DNA of 63,321 nt, counting the filler, from Folioceros fuciformis (lineage: Eukaryota), in assembly GCA_049999805.1 (NCBI GenBank). It is 7 parts of 7 records of this genome, joined end to end, with 100 filler letters (N's around TTAATTAATTAA, not from the genome) between each part and the next. Parts side by side here need not be neighbours in the genome. Positions count along the whole stretch, not along the records: positions 43,814 to 55,988 come from JBNGIO010004631.1; positions 56,089 to 63,321 come from JBNGIO010004636.1; 5 more parts are not named here. One strand, written 5' to 3'. The notes beneath the pieces are model-generated. The model ran no database searches, was not told where the DNA came from, and saw only the letters and a list, made by a program, of their open reading frames with translations. Position 1 is the stretch's first letter. Every line of letters begins with the position of its first letter. The position numbers and the translations under genes are program-made. This document shows positions 50,167 to 63,321 of the stretch, piece after piece.

Positions 50167-52603
50167 AGGTGGCCTGTCGAGCTCTCTGCTTCTACATTGC
50201 GCAGGATCTCAAGAATTCCCCACTTCAGCCGCGGCCCAGAATCTTTGACCTCGAATCATGGATCCATGATCATCCACGTCCTAAACGGCATGTGGCGCAG
50301 CGACAGTCGAGTGATTTACAGGTCTACCTCCTCGACTCTCAACTGTGTTTTCCTCTATGCTCATCACATATGTTCTCTATTCTAGAAGCAATTTCCAGGC
50401 CTCCACTCTGGTCAGTTGCTCTATTTGCACTCTCCACTGCTCAAATCGAAGGGAGTCATCTTCAAGAAGAGGCTTCCACTCCAGACTGCACTGGAGAGCC
50501 ACAGTTATTTCGATTCTGTGAGCGCTAGCTTAGCTAGCGCATATATATAGTAGATGGACACTGTGGTCCGTCTTCTGGGAGTGACATCCATTTGCCCATG
50601 GATATAGCGCTCCCCTCAAACAAATTGGTATGTACCCATAACCACATACGAGTTGCAAGCAGTTGAGCAGATGCATGAATTCCTTATGTTGGCAGTCGGG
50701 ATTTGGTGCTCAATCTGTCAGTGTCAGTGTCAGTGTGAGGCAATTGCTGGAGGCGGGCCAAGTTATTAGTCTAAGAGCTCCAGCGCACTCCTTGCAGTAC
50801 CTGCTGTCGTGTTGGCCCATGAGTGTCTCAGATAATGTTTAGGTGCAGGCCTAGGCTGGTGAAGGTATCTAAGATCTTAACCTTCCTCATTAGGACGCGC
50901 TCAAGTTTGAAGGGGTTACAATTCTTGTTCTTGTTTTACACCATAGCTGGGTAGCTAGCTAGCTATAGCTGCCGCCAGGTGAAGCGTTCGGGGTTGAACC
51001 TGCATGACGGATAAACTGTACAGTGAGAACTCCTGTGATTGCTTCTATGTTACAAGACATAACTTGTCCCGGAATAACTGGGCCTGCGCCACTGCACTTG
51101 CAGTACAGGTCTGGGACTGTACATATTTGAATCGGTGTGACGGATATCGGGTATGGTGAAGAATTTTGGCAGGAGGCAGATGGGCTTAACCGATCATGCT
51201 GTTGACATCAGCGCACTCGCACTCGCAGGCCAGGCCTCTCCACCCAGTCCTGTCTCGTACGATTTGTGTAGACTACTTACTACCCAGTCCCTTGCTCCCC
51301 TCCCCCGTGGCACCTGGCAATGGTTCCGCTGAAAGGATTCCTTTCAGTTCTGTTGTCATGCCAAGGAACATCACATGCAGCGTGGGCAAAAGCGAGGAAT
51401 CTGCATGGGAGGAATCGGATGAACAAATGGGGTGTTACTTGTGTGCCCGCCACCATGTGCACCATTATAACGGTGCATAATACATCAAGTCGTTTACGTT
51501 AAAACTTAAAATGTGCAACTTCGTGGGTGAGCTGGAGGGGGGGTAGGCCAGCGCCCTTATCCCAAGGGCCTGACATCAGGGCAACGTACAATCAGTCCCC
51601 ACCTCGGTCCCAGCAGCACTACATGATCTTGTGTCGTGAACATTCCTCACATGCCGCATCTCACGATCGTGGCCCGACTATGCATGAGTCTTGCTTGCCT
51701 TGCCTTGCCCATATTATTCTTTGGTCAAACGTCACTTCTTTTCAACTCGCCAACTCATTATGTACTCCACCACGTCATTTAATATTCTTTCTCAATTATT
51801 CATTATTTTCCTACACTTACACTTCTCATATGTTTATGTTTATGTTGGCCCCTTTTCTAGGTTAGCATGGCACGATCTTCTCTACCCACTTCAAAACTCA
51901 AAAATACTAGTTTGGATTAACTTCTCCAGTCCTTGAGCCACAAGACCCATGCAGTGCTTCTCTTCTCACACCTACAAGACCCACTTATCATAAGTTCTAA
52001 CATGTCACTCAAACCTTCCTTCTCTTGTACAATCAAAATCCAAGGACGGCATTATGCTAACGTAAGAAACATGTTCATGTTAACAATTCCATTTCTTTTA
52101 CCATACTTTTTTTTAGAAGTTTTGACAAATTGTGATTTTCAAGAAGAGCATATTGAATGTCCTTTTTCTACATATCAGCAGGGGTCTCTAGGCTCCCCTC
52201 CTAGAAAAGCAATATGGCCAAGCACTAAGAGCCCTTCTTTCGAGCTCATCCATCCCTAGGTCTTCTCAAGCTCATATTCGCTCTTGTTCAGGTAAAGGAG
52301 CGGGCTCTTGGCTTTTGGCTCGACCTTGCATCCTTGCTAGTCCACCCTTTGGCTTTTTCTCTCTCTACATGCAGTTCTAGGGTTGCCATAGTTGAAGAGC
52401 AGCACGATAGAGTAGCATAGTTAGTTAAGCATAAACGATACGAGATTTGAAGCGTTAAGTCATTACCTATCTGCCGACCTAACCACCACGAGGTCAGCAG
52501 GCACCAAGGACGTGTCTGTCAGAGTCTGCATACACAAGAGACTGCTGGCAGAGCGCTAATGTACAATCCATTCTAATCTGATGCGATTCCCTACTATTTG
52601 TCT

Positions 52604-55600
52604 TGGTATCAAAGCAGCGCGTGCAGATGCTGAAGCGCACGAGATCAGGGCGCCGATGGAGGCGGAGATGCGACAGCAATCGGGTGTTTTCTTGCTCTTG
52701 CGGGAGTTGGTTTGAATGGAGCCCTGCATCGATCGTTTGAGTCACAATCTACAATTCAGACGAAGAGAGCCCAGGAGGAACCAATCCAGTCGCAACCTGC
52801 AGACCATCAACTTCGGTGTCACCAATCAGAACAGGGAGGTTGCACATTTTGAGGGTTCAGGTGCGACAAGCAAGAAATATACCCAACTGCTGTCTCTTTC
52901 TTCGTGTCCAGTCCTGTGCGAGCATTGCAGAGTCTGTGAGCATCCACCACCTGTTCAGGTCAGGTACGGCAGACGTCATTCAAGATCTTTTGTCCAAAAT
53001 CAACACAAGGGTCTACAATACTCAAAAGAGCACAGAGCGAAACACAAGAGAGAAAATATTGTTGTGAGCAAACTTCAGGTCTTAATTCACTGTGTCTAAG
53101 ATTGCAACACAGCTGATGAGTTTAGATACTCACCTTCAAGCACTCGATACAAAGTTCCTCTTGATCCTTAAACCGCACCTACTTGCAAACAAATTAGCAT
53201 TGTCAGCACTTTCTGTCCCACCTGTAGGTCAGATTTATGAGCAACCCACAAACTGTCTGGAGTGCATTGTTCATCGACACGGGCAGCAGACCAAAACAGC
53301 TAAGATGGCAGAACACGTGAAATTGAAAATGCTAACAATGTTGGGCATATGAGTTAATGTGGTCACCCAATTTTACCTCCTTCCTTGGGAGTCCCAGGCC
53401 TGAAATTCCAGTGAGACTAGATGTCAAAGAGACAATTGCAGCCTTAAGGACCCATGGACTTTGGATGAGGGGGTTAGATTGCCAAGTAGTCTTAATAGTC
53501 CGGCTAGTGCATCACTGAGCCCGGTCTATCCTTCAGATCACGATGCCTCGACCCCAACTACTCCTAATTTGAGGACAACATCTGGGTATCCTGCTTTTAC
53601 ATTTGGAACACATGAAGAGGATATTTTATTAGTCTTGGAAGATGCTGAAAATGCAACAAGTTCAAATACACAATTTGTGTCGGAACAAAATCAGACTGTG
53701 CAGGTAGTTGCAAATTCAGGAGTACCTGCTACCACATCAAGTTGGTTGGCAGCCTCAGGAGGGTCAGGTGGGTCAGGAGGACCAGGTGGACCTGGTGGAC
53801 CTGGAGTCCCTAGCGGACCTGGAGGTCCAAGACAACCTGTTGGTGGTGTAGGCTTACCTGCTGCAGTCCCAATGGCAGGCCCATCCTCAGTTAGCTATTC
53901 AGACTTCAAGGAGAAGGACCGATTTGACGGCAGGAACTTTGATGTCTGGTCCATGCGGATGGAGATATCCCTCAAAAGTAAAGAACTGTGGGATGTAGTA
54001 GCTGGAGTATTAGTGATGCCGCCTGACCCTGTAGCAGATCCAGTGGGAGCTGCTGCATACACAAAGGCCAACAATCAGGCCTTGAATGTCATCCTAGGGG
54101 GCATATCATCGGACTAGATGAAGAATGTTGAAAGAAATCTTTCAGCAAAAGCGTTGTGGGACTCATTTGTGCTTCAATATTCGAAGGCAAACATGATCTC
54201 ACAAGTTGCTGCAGATTACAAGCTGAGGTCTCTCCGCATGCGGGAAGGAGACTCAGCAGAAAAGTACATCAGTACATTCAAAGCAGCTAGAAGTATGTTA
54301 CATGCTGCAGGCGATGTGATATATGATTTTCGGGCTAGTGCTATTTTTCTGAACTCCCTTTCACCAGTATACCGCTCCTTTGTATCAACTCAAAACCAAG
54401 TGGTGAGAGAGGCTGAGACTAGGGTAAGGGGCACTAGAAATCCACCTGTGTTGGACTTGAGTGAAATCTTCGGAGCATTCATGCAAGAGGAAGCACAGAT
54501 GGAGGGCCTGCAACAAAGTCGTGGAAGAGATAAAGCTCATGCTTTGTATGCTGAAAAGGGGAAATTTAAGAAGAAGTGGGAAGGAAAACCGTACTCACCT
54601 GCAAAACCTGGAGGAGCTGAATCCTCAAAGAAACGGCCTGGAAACTGCATATGGTGTGGTCTTCCAAATCACTGGGAGCGGGAATGCAGGAAAAAGGCTA
54701 ATGGAGAACCTAGAAAGGAGTTGGCACCAAGCTCTCATGTAGCTGTGAAGAAGACTACAAAAGGCACACATGTGATACTTACAGTGTGTCTTGCCAGCTC
54801 ATCATCAGCGAAGCAGAACTTTTGGTTTTTGGACTCGCGTGCCACAGCGCACATTTGTCACAACAAGCTATTTTTCTCATCCTATGAGGAGTCTCAACCT
54901 GGACAGCTTGTCCTGCTGGGCGATGAGAGTGGACTAGCTATAAAAGGACAGGGTAGTGTTCCTGTTGAAATGGCTGATGGAAGCATTGTTGTGCTAGAGG
55001 ATGTTCTTCATGTCCCTGCCATGACAAAACACCTTTTATCAGTTAGGCAGCTCTGCAAAGAAGGTGTGCACACAGTTCAATTCACTGACAATGACTGCGA
55101 AATTCGCATGAAGGACTCTGATCTTGTAGTGACAAGGGGCACCGAGCAAAGTGAGTTGTACAAGCTAGATCTGCGACCTCTTCATCCCTTGAAGAAGTCT
55201 ATTCATACAGTTGATGCGACGACTGCGGAATTTCCTCCTGTGGAAGCACATCAAGGATCATTTGAGGGCCAGACTAGTTCTCAAGCAAAGAACACAAAGT
55301 TGTGGCATTTACGTCTAGGGCATCCTCATGCACAGAGACTATATAAGCTTCCTTCTAGTAACCTGTACAGAGATGGGATTAAGGAGACTTTATCAGATCT
55401 ACCTCTGTGCGAAGCATGCATTTTTGGCAAGCAACATGAGCTTCCTTTTAAGAACAAGGCTCCTGAACGTGCCCTGGAAGTGCTGGAGCTTGTACATGCT
55501 GATATCTGTGGGCCCATTTCAGGGAAATCTTTCAGTGGTGCAGAATATTTCATATCATTCATTGATGACTTCTCGAGATATACACACACATACATACTCT

Positions 55601-55988
55601 GGAAGAAGTCCGATGTTTATGATGTCTTTGTGGAATATCTTGCATTGGTGGAACGTCAAACTGGAAAGAAGTTGAAGAAGCTGCGCACAGACAACGGTGG
55701 AGAGTTTACTTCATCAAGGTTTACCCAATACTGTAGTGAGGCTGGTATTCAACAGCAGTTTACAGTTGTTTACACTTCCCAGCAAAATGGAGTTGTGGAA
55801 AGAAGTCATAGAAGTAAGCAGGACGCAGCCAAAAGCATGCTCTACGCAGCAGGCCTGCTTATTCAATTTTGGGCTGAGGCAATTTGTGCTACTTATCTCC
55901 AAAACAGACTGCCTACCTCTGCTATTGAAGGCAAGACACCGTTTGAGGTCTTTACGGGCAGGAAACCTTCAGTTGCTCACCTACGCAC
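52604..55988 (+). mobile_element. Ty1/Copia element, 5' half (PBS, long leader, gag with G/P-rich extension, knuckle, protease, integrase), runs into gap
   Basis: PBS-like TGGTATCAAAGC at 52604-52615. EKDRFDGRNFDVWSMRM; CIWCGLPNHWEREC; WFLDSRATAHIC; LWHLRLGH; LRTDNGGEF; QQNGVVER. One TAG at 54115. The LTR upstream was not delimited. Confidence 0.92.
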
Positions 55989-57034
55989 NNNNNNNNNNNN
56001 NNNNNNNNNNNNNNNNNNNNNNNNNNNNNNNNTTAATTAATTAANNNNNNNNNNNNNNNNNNNNNNNNNNNNNNNNNNNNNNNNNNNNGATAGGGTGCAC
56101 ATTATACATGCACTATATATGCAGTAGACTGCGCCACATCATTCCGCGGGCTGGTTCCGCTCTCCGTACAGTACAAACATATTGACCGTGTGGGAAGACC
56201 GGCCGCGTATCTGGGGACCCATGTGGGAAAAGCCTTTGTACAAGCACCTGGACAATGAAGCGTGGGCCCCGTCACCTTTTCGTCGCCTTTTTTGGCGACA
56301 ACCAACACTGTTGCAACCGGGGCCGGGGCCGGCGCCGGGGCCGGAAGGGGCCAAGTTGCTTTTTATACTTGTCACCACGCTTCCGACTTCATGTTCTCGA
56401 ATTGCACAGAGCGAAGGCTGTGATGGCGGCCCTACGAACCAAACAAAGGGTGCACTCACTGCACTGCGACCTGAGGGACCAAGCAAAGTGAGCACCGTGG
56501 GACCGCCATTATTGCCCCCCGCCGTGTTTTGGGGCAGTGAGGCCTTGAGGCCATGTCGCCATGTTCCTTCAAGCCGGGGCCCTTGGCGCGGCGCCACCAC
56601 GATTCACCGGGCTTCCGTCTCTTGGACCTGGAAATTGGAAGGCGGATGCCGTGAAATTCTTGTCCCCTACACCCTACATCTGGGTGTGGGTGTCCTCTTC
56701 CAGCAAGACACGGACCTCAGTACACTCCTCCCGATGCTGCTACCCTCGCGGTGGGCCACCATCGACAGGAATGAACTGGCTCTGGACACATCCGCTCTTA
56801 CCCACACGCTCTCTAGGCACTTCATTTGGAACCAACAGCCAGCTGCCGGTCCGCTACGCTGGCATCCGCAAACCGAGGTACATACATAAGCCAGACGGAG
56901 AGACGCCGGCTACCAGCGCCCTCCGCAGCAAACCCTGCACGGTCACTGGAGCATCCAGCATCTCATCGACTAAATTTGCACCTCGCTAGAAGTTTGACGA
57001 CCAAAACGAAGGCCCCGGCAAGGCTGGCAACGCC

Positions 57035-60000
57035 TTAGGCGGGGGCTGCAATTAGTCTCCACAACGTGCGTTTCACCATCAGAGCCTCCAACCTCCTCAG
57101 CATGTGCAGCAGAGATGCATACAACGCAGCCGTCCTGTGCGTCAGCCGCATCGTCAACTCCATCGCCTCTGACAATCCACACCAGGACAAGGCTCATGAG
57201 CCACACACACGTCCGTCTTACAGCATCGTACTGTCAATCCGAACGTTGGGTCTGAAGGAATGCAAGCGCTGTCTCACTCCACTCACCCACTCGCAGCCGC
57301 AGATGAGCGTAAGCCAATCGACCCTTCAAGTACGCCCATACTCCTTGCTTCTGCCAGCCTGTGATCATGACAGAATTTCGGTCATTACCTTGTAACGCTC
57401 GTCACACGCACTGGAACCTCCATCTGACCCGACAATGAAACGAGTCCAACTGTACCAGGTTCTCCCCGATGCTCCAGAGCTAGACCAGTTACAGCGTACT
57501 TGGCATTCACAAACAGCCGCAGGCGTGGTTGAGCACCTAATTTAGTAGTTATACTTCGCAGAAGACCGCTGTCAGAGGCACAATCACAGCAATTCAGCTA
57601 ACAAACGTAAGAGCCTCGCATTGGCTTTTGTTTTCAACTCCATTCGGAGCATGTCACACGGTTTCCGCATTGCAACAAAACAAAGAAATCTTCTCAGGCA
57701 AATGCGACTGACAACTACTTACTCTGTCCGTAGAACCATCAAAAAGTCCCGGGGAAGAGCCTCCATGAACTGAGAAATGTCTCCCATTGTAAACCGCCTA
57801 ACCTCTTCTCTTAACTCCTGCTTTTCCTCCTTAGACATACCTTGACCGAATCCAGATTTACTAATACACAAGGTTCACAACAACAGAATGACCAGTAACA
57901 AGTTGTGGCACCAAGAATATGAAGGCACAAATGATCTCTACCTGCCCCACCATACACCAGGCATACTGTGACCACCTCATGACACTAGTTTGTTTGACCC
58001 AGTTACATCTTCCCTTCTGCCTATGCTTCAAGCTATCACCCACTTCACTACCTTGAAACCAGTCACAACAAGATGCTGATGGGAGGCCAGTTGCTCAATT
58101 CATACCTGTCAACAGTTCGCCCTGTAAAAATGACAGGCAGATATCTTGCAAACTTCCCAGCACCTAAACGTTCACCACTTCGCTGCATTTCAAGTGGGTC
58201 GAGCAGAATCAGAGCCTTCCAGAGGCGACAATAGTCTGACCTGAATCTTTCATCCAACTCCCTATAGAGTCCATGATCGAGTAGAACTGTGAAGCCATTC
58301 ACCACAACAGGTCAGTACAACATGCAGCCCAGTCTACAAATAAGATGTACACTGATGTTCGACAGTCAAGGAAGGGCAGCTACGGAGAGAAATTATTTAG
58401 GATGAATCGTACTCAAGCGGAATGCTTTTCCTCCACCCCAGATATGGGCCCTTTCTGGTGCAACAAGGATGTTGCCGGGATGTGGGTCTCCATGAACGTA
58501 ACCATGGCAAAAAACCATTTCTGCAAAAACTTCTACTAATACTCGGGAAACCTGAGATATCCAAGGAAACACGGGTCCAACTCATGAAAATCCAGCGATC
58601 AGAATTGTCCATAACACGAGCTGCTTCTTGACAAGACGAAAACCCATGCTGTTACCCGACTTGGTTCCAGACCAGCTTTCTCTAATGCAACCACGTCATC
58701 AACCTACATGGTTACAACCAGTTTATCAGAAGACGATTCCCTAAGACCATCGTGGACTTGGCAGCCAGTTCAACAGGCAACTAACAGCCGACCTTGCATC
58801 CCCGGACAAACTCCATTGTCAAAATTCGCTTTGTTGTGAGGCCCTGGGGATTCAATTTCACAGGGACAAACGTGAAACGGACTCACAGCGGCACGTCTGA
58901 CTTTCGTCCACGGATGTGTCAATAACGCACTGCCCTACCCAGTGTATGGAAGGTATCTTGATGTCGTTTCTGCCACTGAAATCACTAGCAGTACGCTCCG
59001 CGTTCTTTCCTTCATGTACAAAATCTTCACACAAACCACAATAGAGAGTTAAGCTAAACTGCCAACAACAGAACTACAGCACAAAGTTCTTCAAATCCTT
59101 GGTTAAGATTCAAAAGTTACCAAGCTCTTTGGACAGATTCTCCCGGAACTCAGGTACAATCCACTCAAATTGATAGTCTGGAAACAACTGTACAAACAAA
59201 TGAGATGGTTGTGGTGGATTTGAAAAAAGAATCAGCAGTTAGAACCCTCAGAAAACCCAAGGAAAATTGGATAAGTGTGACACGCTCTCACCCATGCAAC
59301 AGCCTTTGAAAGGAAAGCCATTGTTGCAATGTCAAGTTCAAATTGCTGCTGTAGACCTGGGTATTGAACCTGCTCATAAAGGAATTGGTCAGCAGAGCAA
59401 AAGGAGCACACTTCTATAAAATCTTTGAAGTACCAGTGACAGCAACGAGGAAGGTCACTTGGAAGTCCAATTTGGCAGCCAACCCTCTATCAACCAGATC
59501 ACTCGAGTCCCAACTGAAGCATGCAACAGAGGGGCATCACCTTCACTGCAACTTCTTCCCCATCCGCTAGCTGTGCATGATGTACTTGTGCCAAAGAAGC
59601 AGCAGCAATTGGTTGCTCATCAAATTCTTTAAATCTGATGGGGTAGCCAGTCAAAGGAGGTAGAGATAGAGACTTCCACACTCCACTCTACAGACCTAAC
59701 ACACAAGCTGTACCGCTCCTTAAAGTGCATAAAAAGCTGTGATCACGATCCAGAGATTCTAACTCGTCCCCCTACATTTCATGTGCACTTCTGCCGAATT
59801 CTTCAAGAAAAACTCTTTGCATGGTCTTGAACGGCCAGAAACTAGCCTGCAACCATGGGTGACATCTCAAGCACGTGACTGTTCGCACGAATGCCAAATT
59901 CAGGAACTTAGGTTCGGAAAAAAATAATGGGTATGTGAAGCTTGCTGTGTTCTCTTCAATACCTTATCCTGCAGAACAGAAAGTGTAGCAACATATTCCT

Positions 60001-60630
60001 TGGGCATGTGTTGCATTGAAGCCAGGAATTGACCGGCCTTGATATAGAACCCTCTGTTGGTTTCACAAAGCCACAGAATACGCTTTGCTGCTCGCAAGTG
60101 CACCTGCCCGCAGCATTGAAGTTGGCTGTGAATGGCATAGCAGACGTGATCAACTCGTCTATCGTAAATAACCGACCCTCAAACTGACCAACCTGATCGC
60201 GTACAACATAAAATTCCTTAGATGTCTTGTCATGAGGACTTAAAGAAATCTTGTAGTCCATCGTGTTGATAGCAAACTGCACATTGGCAATTGCACACCC
60301 TGCCATCACGATCTTGCACTTCTGAGCAGACCTCAGGCATTAAACTTTAAACCTTAAACCCTGCAATACCGCATAGACAGCGCGAGAAGACCGCAGAAGG
60401 CCCTGCCCCGCAGTCACGATAGCTGCCTGGACTGGATGCTCCATCCAGCTTCCCAAGATAGAAGTCGAATCCTCCAGCCACGTGGGGGCTGGAGACGAAA
60501 GATCAAGTGGAAACCCAGCCAGTGCGGCTCTTGACTGGCTGAGAGTGGAGCTGTCCGTGGCAGCCACAATTGACCCACTTGCCATAGCCGCAGCCGCAAG
60601 GCGCCATCGCTGGCGCAACAGCGCTGCCAT
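57035..60630 (-). CDS. ABC1/aarF-domain atypical kinase (ADCK1/5-like), multi-exon
   Basis: [25 protein letters not shown]...[29 protein letters not shown]...[51 protein letters not shown] at 60630, inferred stop at 57037-57035. Confidence 0.92.
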
Positions 60631-61541
60631 GACCGAAGCTCGCGAGAAATGTTGTTCACACCGGTGTGGACTGTTGGGTCCGCACTACAGAGACATGAAA
60701 TGCTTCCCGCTCAATTTCCGAAAACCTTACTGAAGGGATGGCTTGTGCTGGTTGCCATGCTTGTTGTGTTCGACGGCTTCGGCTGGTTGCTGGAACTGCG
60801 ATGCGTATTCTCATTCAGCCGAGCTGCGTGTATAGCGCAGGGGCCTTGCATGAGGACTGTGAGATACACAAAGACATGCAGGGCCTTTTATAATTGCTGA
60901 CAATGTTGTCGGATGGCTTGGCTCAGGCTGATGAGATGCTCATCTGTCTTCGAGCGGGGTGACTCCTGGCTGAGATGCTAGATGCGTCCAAGGTCTGTGG
61001 GAAGCTGGGGAAGGTGATTCGTGTCCTAAGACTCGGTTTCGAGGAGTGATTTCCCAATTCGACACAAATGCGGGTGGGATCACTTCCAGGATTACGTGAG
61101 ACTAAATGCTCTTCCCCATGTCGCCCGTAGAGTCATTGAGGGTGACCATGGTCCTTCACGGCGTTTAGAGCTGAGGAACCGAAAACCCAGCACCATCATC
61201 CGATCACGAATTGAGTGATTCCGACTTCATGAGGCTGCTGGAAAACCGTTTGCCTGGCCTGGACACAGCATTCAAGAAACATCTCTTCCAACAACTGCTC
61301 GTCCAGAAATAAGCCTCAATTAAGATTTCATCCGGGCGTGAGCTGATGGTGAGCGAGAATGCTTGGAGACGTGGATAACAAAAAAAAACCTAGTCGTGCC
61401 AGCTCTAGCACGAAGTCACGCAACTTGCCAACACAGCAAGAAAGAACAGACTCTACAAAACTTGGAGTAGCGCAACACACAGCACAGAATACCCTAGCCA
61501 ATCACAGCTTCCTCATAGCTCCTGGTGCGCAAACCAATTCC

Positions 61542-61916
61542 CTAGTCAAACAGAGAGAAGCCCATATCATCGTCACTTTCCTCCTCTTTCTCAGCAGGTT
61601 TCTCCGGTTCCTTCTCCGCAACAGCAGCACCTGAGCCCCCTCCAGCTGCGGCCGGTGCCGCACCGGAACTAAGAATAGCACCGCCGCCGCCGCCTCCTCC
61701 ACCTATGATCACCTGGGCCACGGCAGAAGTGGGAGTGATGATGGAGAAGGACGAGGAGACACCTCCAGAGGCCCCTGATGCTAGGGCCAAGCTGTTGAGC
61801 TTGCGTTGCAATTCATATGGCGTGGCCGCACTGCTCTCCAAACCCTCGTCCCCGCAGGCCTGCTTCGCGGTCCAAGTGCCTCCAGACAAGCGACAAACAA
61901 ACGTGAACACCGCCAT
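61542..61916 (-). CDS. RPP3: 60S acidic ribosomal protein P3 (plant-specific stalk protein), single coding exon
   Basis: MAVFTFVCRLSGGTWTAKQ...YELQRKL...GGVSSSFS..TPTSAVAQVIIGG, an Ala/Gly hinge and the C-terminal EEESDDDMGFSLFD. Confidence 0.95.
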   Translation of the reverse strand: MAVFTFVCRLSGGTWTAKQACGDEGLESSAATPYELQRKLNSLALASGASGGVSSSFSIITPTSAVAQVIIGGGGGGGGAILSSGAAPAAAGGGSGAAVAEKEPEKPAEKEEESDDDMGFSLFD

Positions 61917-62016
61917 CGCCGATAGTAAAGGATGCAGCGCCCCGTCCGCAATTACCTATACACACTGGGCCAGAAGTGAAGACCAAGTAAAGCACCATAG
62001 GATGGAGTGGCTTGAA

Positions 62017-62024
62017 AAACCCTA
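62017..62024 (+). promoter_or_regulatory. Telo-box (AAACCCTA) upstream of RPP3
   Basis: The motif lies about 100 bp upstream of the RPP3 ATG; telo-boxes are typical of plant ribosomal-protein genes. Confidence 0.5.
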
Positions 62025-63321
62025 GAGCGCGCCGTAACAAGCCTCCTAGGGATTTCGCCTCGTATCAAAGTGGACTCGAGCCCGAGTGTTGTCTTAGTTC
62101 TCTCAAACCACTAATTCACTTCTTACATTGGTTTTGGCTCTTTTAAACTCCTGACTTGGCCTACTCCCTTTTGGCTTCTCCTCTAGCTAGATGGAGGGTC
62201 TAATGAGCTTAAGAGACTTTTGAATAAAATGTCCTCGTAGGGAGCACTCATAGATATAGATTATGAAGTGGAAGTGGAGATCTTTGTTATGAAACAAGAC
62301 ATAGGAGGAACCCATATAACCTAGGACCAGGAAGAACAACTCTCATTAGGACATTACACCATGGTCTGATAATCTTGTTGCTGCGTATCACAGAGGATAT
62401 CATAGCAAGGGATAAGAAGAGTATGAGTAATATATGTTAGGCCAATGCCCACTGCAAGGAAGGCCTACCGTACTTGCAGGAGCTGAATATTGAAAGCATG
62501 TGCCTAGGACGTGCGGAGGGCGGTTAGTCGCGCTGGGGTGGAATTAGTTATGAAGCAATGTGTGTACAGGGAATACGTGGTGGGAGATGGATGAGGATAG
62601 AATGACACGGTGAGTGCGCGATCAGATGTGGCAGCCGAAAGTTGCGACAAGTGTACTGCAAGGAATTGTGGTGGAGGTGACAGGCCACGGTACACTAAAC
62701 TAGGTTGTTAACCAATGGGAGTGGAGAGAAGATGAAACATTTTCTCGGGGGCCCCGATACGCCATTCCATTGTGAGGCTGGCAGATGCGGCTGCTGGGCT
62801 GAGGGCTTGCTCGGCTCCAGCTGCTGTCTTCCTTCCTGGACAGGGGGCCTTCACCGGGAGTCTCGGAATCAGGCTGCCAGCCATCCTGCGGATTACAGAG
62901 AGAGAGAGAGAGCGGCGATCTCTCCCTCGGGTTGCGGCAGCAAGCGAGCAATCGAGGGGCAGGCGGATCCGGGTCCGGGAAGCAGCTCACACCGAAAGCA
63001 GGATTGTGAGCCGTGGCGGCGAGGCAGGCCGCAGACATGCTGGCAGTGAGCGGCGTTGCAGCGTCTGTGACTCACCGCCAGGTCGGCCAAGCCTGCTGCA
63101 GCGGCAGCAGGTGCGATGGCGGTCGAGCGAGAGCTGCGGGACTGCTGCCGGGCCTCTGGCTGCCTCCCCGGAGACTCGAGGGCAAGGGCTGTGATGCAGG
63201 TGCAGGGGCAGGGGCTGGAGCAGACTCGAATGCCAGTGTGAACGTGCATCTGAATGCGGCCTCCTCCGCTGCGTGGCAGCTGCTGCTGGCGGTGGCGTCG
63301 GGGCTGGTGTCCGTGCAGGGG

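Overview
Eukaryotic nuclear DNA from a non-seed land plant, most likely a hornwort. That assignment is an inference from the short GT-AG introns, the genes interleaved with transposons, and a DYW:KP-type PPR editing factor. The draft scaffold has nine 100-bp gaps, six of them carrying an artificial TTAATTAATTAA linker. Host genes: RelA/SpoT homologue RSH1 (-), DYAD/SWI1/AMEIOTIC1-like meiotic gene (-), a divergent pair of frameshifted PLS-class PPR genes, a vacuolar-type NHX antiporter (+, 5' end missing), RWD-IMPACT (+), a long R2R3-MYB of the MYB61/55-like group (+), an ABC1/aarF kinase (-) and ribosomal protein P3 (-). At least six decayed Ty1/Copia elements and several LTR fragments lie between them. 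Two findings stand out. (1) A PPR pseudogene combines an N-terminal OSB-type PDF ssDNA-binding motif with a C-terminal KP-type (candidate U-to-C) DYW domain, and is cut off at an LTR terminus. (2) Two diverged head-to-head Copia copies share a ~225-codon extra ORF between the PBS and gag with a clear synonymous-substitution signature, possibly overlapped by an antisense ORF.
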